NCBI GenBank assembly: GCA_963776975.1
Contig: CAVZOU010000022.1
Location: 81,353-145,352, forward strand
Source: an uncultured Actinomycetota bacterium
GTDB taxonomy: Bacteria > Actinomycetota > Actinomycetes > Propionibacteriales > Nocardioidaceae
DNA: 64,000 bases
Reading direction: 5' to 3'
The notes beneath the pieces were generated by a model. The model was not told where the DNA came from. It was given only the letters and a program-made list of their open reading frames with translations, and did no database searches. Numbering within the stretch: the first letter of the stretch is position 1; the number at the start of each line of letters is the position of its first letter. Shown in pieces: positions 35,281 to 47,072 of the stretch. The translations under genes and the position numbers were made by a program.

Positions 35281-35440
35281 CAAACGGTATCGGTGGCGAT
35301 GTTCCTGTGAATCGTGGGACAGGGGTGTCGCGGTCACGGGGGTGTCGAATCCCGCTCCAGCGGGGACTTGGCGCTGCTGGCCGACATCCCCCGAAGCGGA
35401 CGATTCGGCCAGAGTCCGGCCCGAGGCGGCCCGACGCGGC

Positions 35441-35640
35441 GTGACTGGCGGCGTACGACAGGTGGTCACCGCGACTGGCGGCGTACGACAGGTGGATCAG
35501 CCCGCGCATGTCGGCCCCCGCCAGTTCGACGAGACCCGAGCACGCTGGCGGCGACGCGTGGATCGGCCGCGCATGTCGTCCCGCCACCGAGCCGCACGGC
35601 CTGTCGTCCGCCATCCTGGAGGCGAGGCGGCGTACGACGC
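35441..35640. repeat. REP-like cluster of the same family as 2662-2832
   Basis: GACTGGCGGCGTACGACAGGTGG at 35443 and 35473; degenerate GTGGATC..CCGCGCATGTCG repeat; partial arms near 35600-35638. Confidence 0.75.
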
Positions 35641-35644
35641 CGCG

Positions 35645-36687
35645 TCAGGCGAGTCCGCGCACGAGCAGCGGCGGGATGATCACCCGCATCGCGTGGCCGC
35701 CGGTCCGGCCGTCGACCTGCTCGAGCAGCAGCCGGGTGGCCCGCTCGGCCATCTCCTCGACGGGCTGGCGCACGGTGGTCAGCGGCGGGGTGGTGCGCTC
35801 GGCGACGCCGAGGTCGTCGTAGCCGACCACGGCGACGTCGTCGGGGACCCGGCGACCCGAGCGCGGAGAGCACCTTGAGCGCGCCGGAGGCCATCAGGTC
35901 GGAGGCGACGACGATGCCGTCGAGGTCGGGGTGCCGGGCGAGCAGCGCCTCGGCCGCGCGCTGCCCGCCGGCCTCGGTGAAGTCGCCGTGCACGACGGCG
36001 TCGTCGGCCAGGCCGGCGGCGGACATCGCCTGCCGCCAGCCGACGAGGCGGTCCTCGGCGGCGGTCATGTCGGCGGGCCCGGCGATGGTGCCGATGCGGC
36101 GGCAGCCGCGCTCGACGAGCACCTCGGTCGCCATCCGCTCGCCGGCGGTGTTGTCGACGTCGACGTACGCCACCCGGTCGCCCGCCGACCACGGCCGGCC
36201 GCCGAAGACGCACGGCAGGTCGAGGCGGCGCAGGTGGTCGGCCAGCCCGTCGTCGCGGTGGTGGGAGACGACGAGCGCGCCGTCGACGTGGCGGTTGGTG
36301 AGGTAGCGCAGGGTGCGGGCGGTCGAGGCGCCGGGCCGGGCCAGCAGCAGCACGAGCTGCATGTCGCTGTCGCCGAGCACCCGGGTGACCCCGCGCAGCG
36401 TGCCGGCGAAGAACGGGTCGGAGAAGACCCGGTCGTCGGGCTCGGGCACGACGACGGCGATCGAGTCCGTACGCCGCGTCACCAGGCTGCGCGCGGCGGG
36501 GTTGGGGACGTAGCCGAGCGAGCGCACGGCCGCGTCGACCGACGACTGCGCGCGCGGGCTGACCCGCTGGCCGCCGTTGATCGCGCGGGACGCGGTGGCG
36601 CGCGAGACGCCGGCGACCCGGGCCACCTCGTCGAGGGTGGGCGAGGTCGCACGTCGCGTCGCGCCTCGTCCCGTTCACCTTGCTCAC
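35645..36687 (-). CDS. LacI family repressor (CebR/CelR-like); frameshifted, start approximate
   Basis: [44 protein letters not shown]. Confidence 0.9.
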
Positions 36688-38190
36688 GCTAGTGGTCCCG
36701 GCGATCCCGCCGCGGGCAGCCCTCCCGACCGTGCCACCTCGGCGTACCAGCGGGCGCTCGCCTTGGGCGTGCGCTGCTGCGTCGCGTAGTCGACGTGGAC
36801 GAGGCCGAAGCGCTTGGCGTAGCCGAAGGCCCACTCGAAGTTGTCCATGAAGGACCACTGGAAGAAGCCGCGCACGTCGACGCCCTCCTCGATCGCGCGG
36901 TGCACGGCGCGCAGGTAGGAGTCGAGGAAGCCGATGCGGTCGAGGTCGTGCACCTGGCCGTCGGGACCGGGGACGTCGGGGTAGGCCGCCCCGGTCTCGG
37001 TGAGGTAGATCGGCAGCCGCGGGTAGTCGTCGTGCAGGCGACGCAGCAGCCGGTGCAGCCCCTCGGGCTGGACCTCCCAGCCCATGTCGGTGACCGGCAG
37101 CCCGCGGCTCGGGAAGGTGACGTGCTCGGAGCCCACGAACGGCGACTTCGGCACCCGGTCGGGCTGGTCGCTGCCGATCCCGACGACCGCCTCGTGCGGG
37201 TGCCCCGAGACGGCGTTGCCGTGGTAGTAGTTCACGCCCAGCACGTCGATCGGCGACGAGATCACCGCCAGGTCGCCGTCCTGCACGACGTCGTGCCAGT
37301 GCCCGCCCTGCCAGTCGAGGTGACCGGTGTCGGCGAGCAGGTCCTCGGGGTAGGAGCCGCGGAAGATCGGGTCCAGGAAGAGCCGGTTGTGCAGCGCGTC
37401 GATCCGGCGGGCGGCGTCCACGTCGGCCGGGTCGGCGGGGTCGAAGGGGTCGGGCACGGTGAGGTTGAGGCTGACCCCCAGCCGGATGTCGTCGCCGTCG
37501 CGGTCGGCGCGCCGCCGCAGCTCGTCGACGACGAGGCCGTGCCCGAGCAGCAGGTGGTGCGCGGAGACCAGGCCAGCGACGCCCTCCTGCCGCCCGGGGG
37601 CATGGTGTCCTGCGGCGTAGCCGAGGAGGGAGGAGCAGAACGGCTCGTTGAGGGTCGTCCAGGTGGGCACCCGGTCGCCCGAGGACGTCGTACACGCTCA
37701 TCGCGTAGTCGCGGAAGCGGTAGGCGGTGTCGCGGTTGGTCCAGCCGCCCGCGTCCTCGAGGGCCTGCGGGAGGTCCCAGTGGTAGAGCGTCAGCCAGGG
37801 CGCGACACCCTGCGCGAGCAGCTCGTCGACGAGCCGGTCGTAGAACGCGAGGCCGGCACGGTTGACCGGCCCGCCGTCCGGGCGCACCCGGGGCCAGGCG
37901 ACGGAGAAGCGGTACGACGCCGCCTCGAGCTCGCGCATCAGCGCGACGTCGCCGGGCATCCGGTGGTAGTGGTCGCAGGCCACGTCGCCGGTGTCGGCGT
38001 TCATGACCGCACCGGGGGTGTGGGAGAACGTGTCCCAGATCGACGGGGTGCGACCGTCCTCGGCCACCGCGCCCTCGATCTGGTACGACGCGGTCGCGAC
38101 GCCCCAGACGAAGCCGTCGGGGAAGCGGGCGGACAGGTCGGGGGCGGTGACCGTGCTCCCGGCCGGGGTGAGAGTGCGCTGGACGGTCAT
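36684..38190 (-). CDS. GH1 beta-glucosidase; frameshift near 37680
   Basis: [46 protein letters not shown]. Confidence 0.95.
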
Positions 38191-39005
38191 CCCTTGACTG
38201 CTCCTTGCATGATGCCGGCGACGAGCTGCCGGCCGGTGAGGACGAAGAGGACCAGCAGCGGGATCGTGGAGATCGCGGCGCCGGCGAGGACGAGGCTGTA
38301 GTCGACGTAGTAGCCGCTCTGCAGCTGCTGGAGGGCGATCTGGACCGTCGGGTTGCTGGCCGGCAGCACGATCAACGGCCAGAAGAAGTCGGTCCAGGTG
38401 GCCATGAAGGTGAAGAGCCAGAGGATGGCCGCGGCCGGACGGGCTGCCGGCAGTGCGACGTTCCAGAAGGTGCGCAGCATCGAGCAGCCGTCCACCCGGG
38501 CGGCCTCGATGAGCTCGTCGGGCACGGCGTCGATGAGGTACTGCCGCATGAAGAAGACGCCGAAGGCGGTGACCATGCCGGGCACGATCAGCGCCCACAT
38601 CGAGCCGACCCAGCCGAGCTCGGCCATCACGATGAAGAGCGGGATCACGCCGAGCTGGGTGGGCACCGCGAGGGTGGCGACGACGAAGACGAGCAGCGGC
38701 GTACGTCCCTTGAAGGCGAGCTTGGCGAACGCGAAGCCGGCCAGCGTGGAGAAGAACACCACCGACGTGGCGACCGTGGTGGAGACGAGCAGGCTGTTGC
38801 CCAGCGCCTTCCAGAACGGCACGGCCTCGAAGGCGCGCTGCGCGTTCTCGAAGAAGTGGCCACCGGGCAGCAGCGGCGGGACGCGCTCGGTCAGCACGTC
38901 GCGGCTGTGCGAGCCGACGAGGAACGACCAGTAGAGGGGGGCGCACGAGCCGAGCACGAAGGCGGTGAGCAGCCCGTAGACGAGGAAGCCGGGACGACGG
39001 TTCAT
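38187..39005 (-). CDS. Carbohydrate ABC permease (CebG-like)
   Basis: EAA loop [10 protein letters not shown]; C-terminal GIMQGAVKG. Confidence 0.92.
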   Translation of the reverse strand: MNRRPGFLVYGLLTAFVLGSCAPLYWSFLVGSHSRDVLTERVPPLLPGGHFFENAQRAFEAVPFWKALGNSLLVSTTVATSVVFFSTLAGFAFAKLAFKGRTPLLVFVVATLAVPTQLGVIPLFIVMAELGWVGSMWALIVPGMVTAFGVFFMRQYLIDAVPDELIEAARVDGCSMLRTFWNVALPAARPAAAILWLFTFMATWTDFFWPLIVLPASNPTVQIALQQLQSGYYVDYSLVLAGAAISTIPLLVLFVLTGRQLVAGIMQGAVKG

Positions 39006-39979
39006 CGACGGCCTCCCAGGGCCCCGACCCGGCGGCTGATCACCAGGTTGACGAGTGCGAAGACGATGATGATGAGGAAGAGCAGCCAGGCCACGGCCGA
39101 GGCCATGCCCAGGTCGCGCACCCGCCAGCCGAGCTCCCAGAGGTACATCGTCAGGGTCTGGTACTGCCGGTCCGAGCCGCCGAGGCCCTGGGTGTCGAAG
39201 AGCCGCGGCTCGGCGAAGATCTGCAGCCCGCCGATGGTCGACGTGATGATCACGAAGAGCAGCGTGGGCCGGATCATCGGCAGGTGATGGAGAGGAACTG
39301 CCGCACCCGGCCGGCGCCGTCGAGGCAGGCCGACTCGTAGAGCTCGCGCGGCACGGCCTGCATGGCGGCCAGGAAGATCAGCGCGTTGTAGCCGGTCCAG
39401 CGCCAGTTGACCATCGACGCGATGGCGACGTGGCTGGCCAGGGTGTTCGACGTGCCACCGGATGGGCTCGAGCCCGATGGCCTGCAGCCCCTCGTTGACC
39501 AGGCCGTAGCGGTCACCGAAGACGTTGCCGAAGATCAGCGCCACCGCGGCCGGGGCGACCACGAAGGGGATGAGCACGCTCATCCGCCACAGGGTCCGAC
39601 CGCGCAGCTGGGTGTCCAGCAGCGCCGCGAGGACCAGCGCGATGACCACCTGCGGCACCGAGGACAGCACGAAGATGCTGACGGTGTTGCGCAGGGCGTT
39701 CCAGAAGTAGCGGTCCTCGATCACCCGGGCGTAGTTGTCGAGCCCGATGAAGTCGCCCTGGCCGCTGAGCAGTCCCCACTCGTGCACGGACACCCAGGCG
39801 GTGTAGCCGAGCGGGAACATGCCCACCAGCAGGAAGAGCACGAAGAACGGCGAGATGTAGAGGTACGGCGACAGCCGGGTGTCCCACCGGGAGAGCCGGC
39901 GCCGCCACGGGGACGGGCGGCGCCTCCGGAGCGGGGGCCTGGCCCCCGCCGGGGACGGCGGTGGCCCCGACAGGGTCAC
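39002..39979 (-). CDS. Carbohydrate ABC permease (CebF-like); frameshifted
   Basis: [40 protein letters not shown]. Confidence 0.9.
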   Translation of the reverse strand: MTLSGPPPSPAGARPPLRRRRPSPWRRRLSRWDTRLSPYLYISPFFVLFLLVGMFPLGYTAWVSVHEWGLLSGQGDFIGLDNYARVIEDRYFWNALRNTVSIFVLSSVPQVVIALVLAALLDTQLRGRTLWRMSVLIPFVVAPAAVALIFGNVFGDRYGLVNEGLQAIGLEPIRWHVEHPGQPRRHRVDGQLALDRLQRADLPGRHAGRAARALRVGLPRRRRPGAAVPLHHLPMIRPTLLFVIITSTIGGLQIFAEPRLFDTQGLGGSDRQYQTLTMYLWELGWRVRDLGMASAVAWLLFLIIIVFALVNLVISRRVGALGGRR

Positions 39980-40031
39980 CGCCGTCCCCGACGGGCTTCA
40001 CGGCAGGAGAGTCCAGCGTCATGGTGGAGGG

Positions 40032-41318
40032 TCAGCCCAGCCGCTCGACGTCGGCGAGGAAGGACTGCCAGGCCTCGTCGGCCGACTCCTTGCCCTCGTC
40101 GACGCGCTGGATGGCCTGCTGGAACGCGGTGTTGATGTCCGCGAACTTCGGGCCCTTGTGGGGGATGAACTCGATCGCCTCGGCCCGCTCGGCGAGGATC
40201 TCGCCCGGTCGGTGCGTCGTTGAAGAACGCGTTGGTGCTCTCGAGCAGCACCGGGTCCTCCAGCGCCTCGTGCTGGCTCGGGAAGGTGCCCTTCGCCTCG
40301 AACGCCTTGATCTGCTGCTCCGGAGCGGTCAGCCACTCGGCCAGGGCCTGGGCCTCCTCCGGGTGCTCGCCCTGCGCCGGGCACGGTGAGGTAGGAGCCG
40401 CCCCAGAGTGCCGGCGCCGCCGGGGAAGACGTTGGCGATGTCCCAGCCCTCGACGCCCTCGGCGTTGCCCTCGATGACGCCGAGCATCCAGCCCGGGCAG
40501 GCCATGGTGGCGAAGCCGTCGTTCTGGAAGGACGCGGTCCAGTCCTCGCTCCACTGGACGAGGTTGGTGGACAGGCCCTCGTCGGCCAGCGAGGTGACGG
40601 TGTCGAAGATCTCCTTGACCTCGGGGTTGTCGGCGGCGATGACGTTGTTGTCCTCGTCCTCGAACGAGTACTCCGTCTGGTTGATCATCGCCTGCGCGGT
40701 GGCGCCCGAGGCGTCGTACCACGCGACGTCCGGGACCTTCTTGACGAAGTCGCGGCCGGCCTGGAAGTAGTCGTCCCAGCTCGTGAAGAGCTTGGCGACC
40801 TCCTCGCGGTCGGTCGGCATGCCGGCCTTCTCGAAGAGGTCGGCGCGGTAGCAGATGCCCTCCGGGCCGATGTCGGTGCCGTAGCCGATCAGCGCACCGT
40901 CCTCGGTGGTGGCGGCCTCGGTCTTCCAGTCGAGCCAGCGGCCCTCGACCTCGGGGTCGGAGAGGTCGACGAACGCGTCGGACTCCTCCATGAGCGCGGC
41001 CAGCCAGTCGACCTCGATGGCCTCGATGTCGGAGAGGCCCGAGCCGGCCGCCAGCTTGGTGTAGAGGTTGTCCTGGTGCTCGTTGGCCGTGCCGGCCTTC
41101 TTCTGCTCCACCACGACCTCGTCCTGCATCGCGTTGTACTCCTCGATGAGCTCCTCGTAGCCGAACTCGTTGAACGTCGCGACGGTCAGCTTGATCTTGC
41201 CGTCCTCGGTCGCACCGTCGGAGTCGCCGCCGCACGCGGCAGCCGTCATCGTGAGAGTGAGCGCCATCAGGGCGCCCGTGACGAGCCGTGCTCGTCGAGT
41301 GTTCGGTGTGTGCACCAC
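40032..41318 (-). CDS. Sugar ABC substrate-binding lipoprotein (CebE-like); frameshifted
   Basis: Lipobox AAAC; TVATFNEFGY, GYGTDIGPEGICYRADLF, ACPGWMLG. Confidence 0.9.
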
Positions 41319-41381
41319 TGCTCTCCTGCCGTCCTGCGGGGAACGCCGGACGGGTGTCCGGCTGGGTCTTCGGACCGGATG

Positions 41382-41402
41382 AAAGTGTGAGAGCGCTTCC
41401 AC
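41382..41402. promoter_or_regulatory. CebR/CelR-type LacI operator 1
   Basis: TGAGAGCGCTTCCA versus the known box TGGGAGCGCTCCCA. Confidence 0.8.
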
Positions 41403-41470
41403 ACCGGCTTGCGGTTCACCATGACATCGGTCACACCGTCTGTCAACGGGCCGCTAGATCACGGTTCGGC

Positions 41471-41491
41471 AAAGTGTGAGAGCGCTTCCAC
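41471..41491. promoter_or_regulatory. CebR/CelR-type LacI operator 2
   Basis: Identical 21-bp copy AAAGTGTGAGAGCGCTTCCAC. Confidence 0.8.
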
Positions 41492-41573
41492 TAGACGCGC
41501 CCGCCGCGGCGTCGTACGGTAACTGCCAACCCCGGCCACCCGTGCGCCGGGAGGTTGGACGGAGGGACCCCCG

Positions 41574-42671
<1,098 letters not shown>

Positions 42672-42778
42672 GGCCCCGTTCCTCCGCCACCGCCGGCCCG
42701 GCCGGGGGTCGGGGTCGTGCTGGTCGACGTCCGACGGAGCAACTGCGGCGGGCGAGCGGCGCGGCGGAGGGGCGAGGA

Positions 42779-42869
42779 GCGGGCACACCGAAGGCAGTTC
42801 GATCGCCGATCACCGGCCGGCACGCTCAGCACCGCCCGACCGGCCACGAACTGCCTCGTTCGTGCCCGC
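42779..42869. repeat. Imperfect long inverted repeat between convergent genes
   Basis: GCGGGCACACCGAAGGCAGTTCG and CGAACTGCCTCGTTCGTGCCCGC arms. Confidence 0.55.
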
Positions 42870-42907
42870 GTCGTGCCGCGCCGGGGCGACCCACTCCCCA
42901 TGACGGA

Positions 42908-44352
42908 TCAGCGGAAGGCCAGCGCCCCGTCGTCGATGGCCCCGCGCCGGATGGTGCGCATGTCGTGGAAGTAGTTCTGCTTGAGCTTCCACGGCTCGAC
43001 GTCGCCCTGCTTGGGCAGGGTGTCGATGACCCGCAGCACGTAGCCCGCCGCGAAGTCCATGAACGGCTGCTCGCCGATCGACGCGTCCGGCACCGGCACG
43101 GCGGAGCGGAGCCCGTGGGCGTCCAGGTGCGAGAGCAGCCGGCAGACGTACTCCCCCACCAGGTCGGCCTTGAGCGTCCAGGACGCGTTGGTGTAGCCGA
43201 TCGTGTAGGCGAAGTTGGGGATCCCGCTGAGCATCAGCGCCTTGTAGGCCATCGTCTCGGGCAGCTCGACGCGCCGGCCGTCGACGTCGAAGGTCATCCC
43301 GCCGAAGGCCTTGAGCTGCAGCCCGGTCGCGGTGACCACGACGTCGGCCTCGAGCTCGCGCCCCGACGCCAGCCGCAGGCCACCGGGCGTGAAGGTCGAG
43401 ATCGTGTCGGTGACGACCTCGGCGCTCCCGTCCTTGATCACCCGGAACAGGTCGCCGTCGGGCACCAGGCAGAGCCGCTGGTCCCACGGGTCGTACGTCG
43501 GCTTGAAGTGGGTGTCGACGTCGTACCCCTCGGGCAGCCGCTTGGCGTTCTCCTTGCGGATGATGCCGCGCATCGTCCCCGGCCGGCGCCGGCTGAGCTG
43601 GAAGAGCCCGGTCGAGACGCCGACGTTCTTCCACCGGGTGGCGGCGTAGGCGAGCTTCTCCGGCAGCACTTCTTGAGGCGCTGCGCGACCTTGTCCTGGC
43701 GGGCAGCGAGAGGATGTACGTCGGGGAGCGCTGCAGCATGGTCACGTGACCGGCGCCCGACTCGGCCAGCGCCGGGACGAGCGTGACGGCCGTGGCGCCG
43801 GAGCCGATGACCACGATCTTCTTGCCGGTGTGGTCGAGGTCCTCGGGCCAGTGCTGCGGGTGGATGACCTGCCCGGCGAACGAGTCCTCGCCGGGGAAGT
43901 CCGGCCGGTAGCCCTGCTCGTAGTCGTAGTAGCCGGTGGTCGCCCACAGGAAGCGGCAGGTGATCTCGCTGGACTCGCCGTCGCTGTGCTCGACGGTGAC
44001 CGTCCACGTCGCGGTCTCGCTGTCCCACGACGCCGCGCGGGCGTCGTACCCGTAGCGGATGTGCTCGTCGATGCCGTACTCCCGCGCGGTCTCGCGCACG
44101 TAGGCGAGGATCGACGGCGCCGTCGGCGAGCGCCTTGTCGCCGCGCCACGGCTTGAAGCGGTAGCCGAGGGTGAACATGTCGGAGTCGGAGCGGATGCCC
44201 GGGTAGCGGAAGAGGTCCCACGTGCCGCCGCTGGCCGCGCGCCGCTCGAGGACGGCGTACGACCGGCCGGGGTGCTCGCGGGTCAGCTGGGCCGCGGCCC
44301 CGATGCCGGACAGGCCGGCTCCGATGATGAGTACGTCGACGTGGTCGGACAT
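42908..44352 (-). CDS. Flavin-containing Baeyer-Villiger monooxygenase (EthA-like); frameshifted
   Basis: [57 protein letters not shown]. Confidence 0.92.
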
Positions 44353-44389
44353 GGCTCTCCTTGCTCGCGGGCGGAGGCGGAGTGCAGGT

Positions 44390-45124
44390 CTAGGGGCGGG
44401 CGTGCAGCTCGACGAAGCGGGCCAGCAGCCGGACGGGCTCGGTGACCATCGCCTCGCGGGCGGCCGCCTTGAGGGACTCCTGCTCGTGCGGCTCGTAGTA
44501 GCCGTGCGCGCTGTAGGCGTCGATCCGGTCGCAGATCGCGACGGCGTCGAGCTCGGGGTGGAACTGGGTGGCGTAGACGTTGCGGCCGATCCGGAACGCG
44601 TGCACCGGGCAGGTGTCGGTGGAGGCGAGGAGCACCGCGCTCCCGGGCAGCCGGGACACCGCCTCCTTGTGGCCGAGGTAGGCGTCGAACACCTCCGGCA
44701 GCGCGCCGAAGAGCGGGTCCTCGGCGCCCTCGGCGCTCAGCCGGACGGGCAGCGCGCCGATGGGCTCGCCGTACGTCCGGTCCACGATGCCGCCGTCGAG
44801 GGTGCCGAGCACGCCGATGCCGTAGCAGGCGCCGAGGAAGGGGAAGTCGGGCTCGACCACGCGGATCGCCAGGTCGTCGAGCTCGGCCTCGACGCGGCGC
44901 TGCACGGCTGACTTCGCCTCGTCGGGGTCGGAGACGTTGAAGGGTCCGCCGCCGAGGATGATCCCGGACAGGTCGTCGAGCTCGATCCAGCCCAGGGGCG
45001 ACGCCTCGAGCCGGACGCGGACCAGCTCGTCGGGGCGCAGGCCGGTGCCGGCGAGGACGGCGTCGTACTCCTGCTGGGCGACGTCGTCCTCCGCGCGGGT
45101 GCCGAGGAAGAGGAAGGGACGCAT
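44390..45124 (-). CDS. Class I glutamine amidotransferase-like protein
   Basis: GGGPFN, LGACYG catalytic Cys, QFHPE. Confidence 0.88.
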   Translation of the reverse strand: MRPFLFLGTRAEDDVAQQEYDAVLAGTGLRPDELVRVRLEASPLGWIELDDLSGIILGGGPFNVSDPDEAKSAVQRRVEAELDDLAIRVVEPDFPFLGACYGIGVLGTLDGGIVDRTYGEPIGALPVRLSAEGAEDPLFGALPEVFDAYLGHKEAVSRLPGSAVLLASTDTCPVHAFRIGRNVYATQFHPELDAVAICDRIDAYSAHGYYEPHEQESLKAAAREAMVTEPVRLLARFVELHARP

Positions 45125-45129
45125 CGCGC

Positions 45130-46294
45130 TCAGGCCTCCTGCTCGGCCTGCGCGGCCGCGCCGCTGGCCAGGAGCGCGTCGACGTCGTCGATGCCCCAGG
45201 CGGTGAGCGCCTCGCGGGTGTGGGCGCCGGGTCCGCCGGGCGCGGTGCCGAGGGTCGCAGGCGGTGCGGGAGAAGCGCGGCGCGGGGGCGGGCTGGGTGA
45301 TCCCGTCCCGCTCGACGAAGGTGCCGCGGGCGGCGAGGTGCGGGTGGTGCGGGGCGTCGGCGAGGGGTACGACGGGCGCGACGCAGGCCTCCGTGCCGTC
45401 GAAGAGCGCGCTCCACTCCGCCTGGGTGCGCTCCTTGAACCTCGCCGTGAGCGCCTCGCGGATCGCCGGGAAGTTGGCCGGGTCGTCACGGTCGGGGAGG
45501 TCGAGCTCGAGGAGGCGGACCAGCTCGGCGTAGAACTGCGGCTCCAGCGGGCCGACGCTCATGTGCCGGCCGTCGGCGGTCTCGTAGAGGTCGTAGTAGG
45601 GGGTGCCGCCGTCGAGCAGGCCGGACGCGCGGCGCGCCGGTGTCGAGCCCGAGCGCGGCGAAGGTGCTGGCCATCGCGTTGAGGTGGGCGGTGCCGTCGA
45701 CGATCGCGGCGTCCACGACCTGGCCCTGCCCGCTGAGCCGTGGCCTCGAGGAGCGCGGCGAGGATCCCGATGACGAGGTAGGTCGAGCCGCCGCCGAAGT
45801 CGCCGAGCAGGTTGGTCGGGAAGTGCGGGCGCGCCGGGTCCTGGCCGAGGCCGTGGAGGGCGCCGGTGATGGCGACGTAGTTCATGTCGTGGCCGGCGGT
45901 GCGGGCCCACGGGCCGTCCTGCCCCCAGCCGGTCATCCGGCCGTAGACCAGCCGCGGGTTGCGCGCGTGGCACTCGTCGGGCCCGAGCCCGAGCCGCTCG
46001 ATGGCGCCGGGCCGCATCCCCTCGACGAGCACGTCGGCCTGCTCGACCAGGTCGAGCACGGTGGCCACGGCGTCGGGGTGCTTGAGGTCGAGGGCGACGC
46101 TCGGGCGGCCGCGGGTGAGCACGTCGTGGCGCCCGGCGCCGAGCATGTCGCCGCCCTTGCGGTCGATCCGGATCACGTCGGCGCCGAGGTCGGCCAGGAT
46201 CATGCAGGCGTGCGGCCCCGGGCCGATGCCGGCGATCTCGACGACCTTGATGCCCCGCAGCGGACCCGTCCCCTGCCCGAGTGCGCTCGCTCAT
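45130..46294 (-). CDS. mcr: CaiB/BaiF CoA-transferase (alpha-methylacyl-CoA racemase Mcr-like); frameshifted
   Basis: [48 protein letters not shown]. Confidence 0.85.
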
Positions 46295-46305
46295 GGGCGT
46301 GATCA

Positions 46306-46322
46306 TGACACCGATGCTGTCA
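46306..46322 (-). promoter_or_regulatory. MerR-type operator at the leaderless mcr promoter
   Basis: TGACACCGATGCTGTCA, 14/17 identical to the fadA site and overlapping a CATGAT -10 box in the same register. Confidence 0.65.
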
Positions 46323-46347
46323 CGGTCGCGAGGGGTCTCGGGGTTGT

Positions 46348-46428
46348 GGCGAAGTCCCCGCCCAGCCGGGGACTCTGTCACCGTGTGCCCGTTGCAACAC
46401 CCCTACGGTGTCCGACTCGCCGACACAG
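46348..46428. repeat. Intergenic copy of the palindromic element found in the carboxyltransferase gene
   Basis: AGTCCCCG..CCAGCCGGG.GACTCTGTCACCG...GACTCGCCGACACAG shared with the reverse complement of 6837-6918. Confidence 0.75.
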
Positions 46429-46445
46429 TGCTGCGTCACACCCGC

Positions 46446-46461
46446 TTGCAACTCGTTGCAT
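46446..46461. promoter_or_regulatory. Candidate PadR operator
   Basis: TGCAAC-tc-GTTGCA palindrome about 20 nt upstream of padR. Confidence 0.65.
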
Positions 46462-46481
46462 AGGTCTGCGACCCTCGTCCG

Positions 46482-47072
46482 GTGGCCCTCGAACACGCGC
46501 TCCTCGTCGCCCTGCGCGAGCAGCCCGCATCCGGCCTCGACCTCGCGCGGCGCTTCGAGAAGTCGATCGGCTTCTTCTGGCACGCCACCCACCAGCAGAT
46601 CTACCGCGTCCTCGCCCGCATGGAGGGCGACGGCTGGGTCACCGTCGAGACCGTCGGCCAGACCGGCCGCCCGGACAAGAAGATGTACGCCGTCTCGGCC
46701 GCCGGCAGGCAGGTCCTCGCCGACTGGCTCGCCGAGCCGATGGGCTCGGAGACCTTCCGCAGCGAGCTGGCCGTCAAGCTGCGCGGGGCGTCGTACGGCG
46801 ATCGCGCGACGCTGCTGCGGCACGTCGCGGACGCGCGGGCCGACCACGAGACCCGGCTGGCGCACTACCGCCAGCTGGAGGCCGCCATGCCGAGCCACTC
46901 GACGGGGCACCAGCTCGACCAGCTCCTCGTCCTGCGCGGCGGGATCGGGCTGGAGCAGTTCTGGATCACCTGGCTCACCGACTACCTCGACGCGCACGGT
47001 TTCGATGGCTCAGCTGGTTTCGAGGCTCGCTCCGCTCGCACCTCAACCACCGAAGAAGAGGCCCTCCGATGA
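46482..47072 (+). CDS. PadR family regulator coupled to fadH
   Basis: SGLDLARRFEKSIGFFWHATHQQIYRVL, GRPDKKMY; ATGA overlap with fadH. Confidence 0.92.
   Translation: MALEHALLVALREQPASGLDLARRFEKSIGFFWHATHQQIYRVLARMEGDGWVTVETVGQTGRPDKKMYAVSAAGRQVLADWLAEPMGSETFRSELAVKLRGASYGDRATLLRHVADARADHETRLAHYRQLEAAMPSHSTGHQLDQLLVLRGGIGLEQFWITWLTDYLDAHGFDGSAGFEARSARTSTTEEEALR
47017..47051 (+). repeat. 35-bp REP-like element translated in the PadR C-terminus
   Basis: GTTTCGAGGCTCGCTCCGCTCGCACCTCAACCACC; partial copy at 46998-47011. Confidence 0.9.

Noticed and set aside
35441-35495. Mini CRISPR array
   Set aside because: Only two 23-bp copies with a 7-bp gap; same REP family as at 2.7 kb
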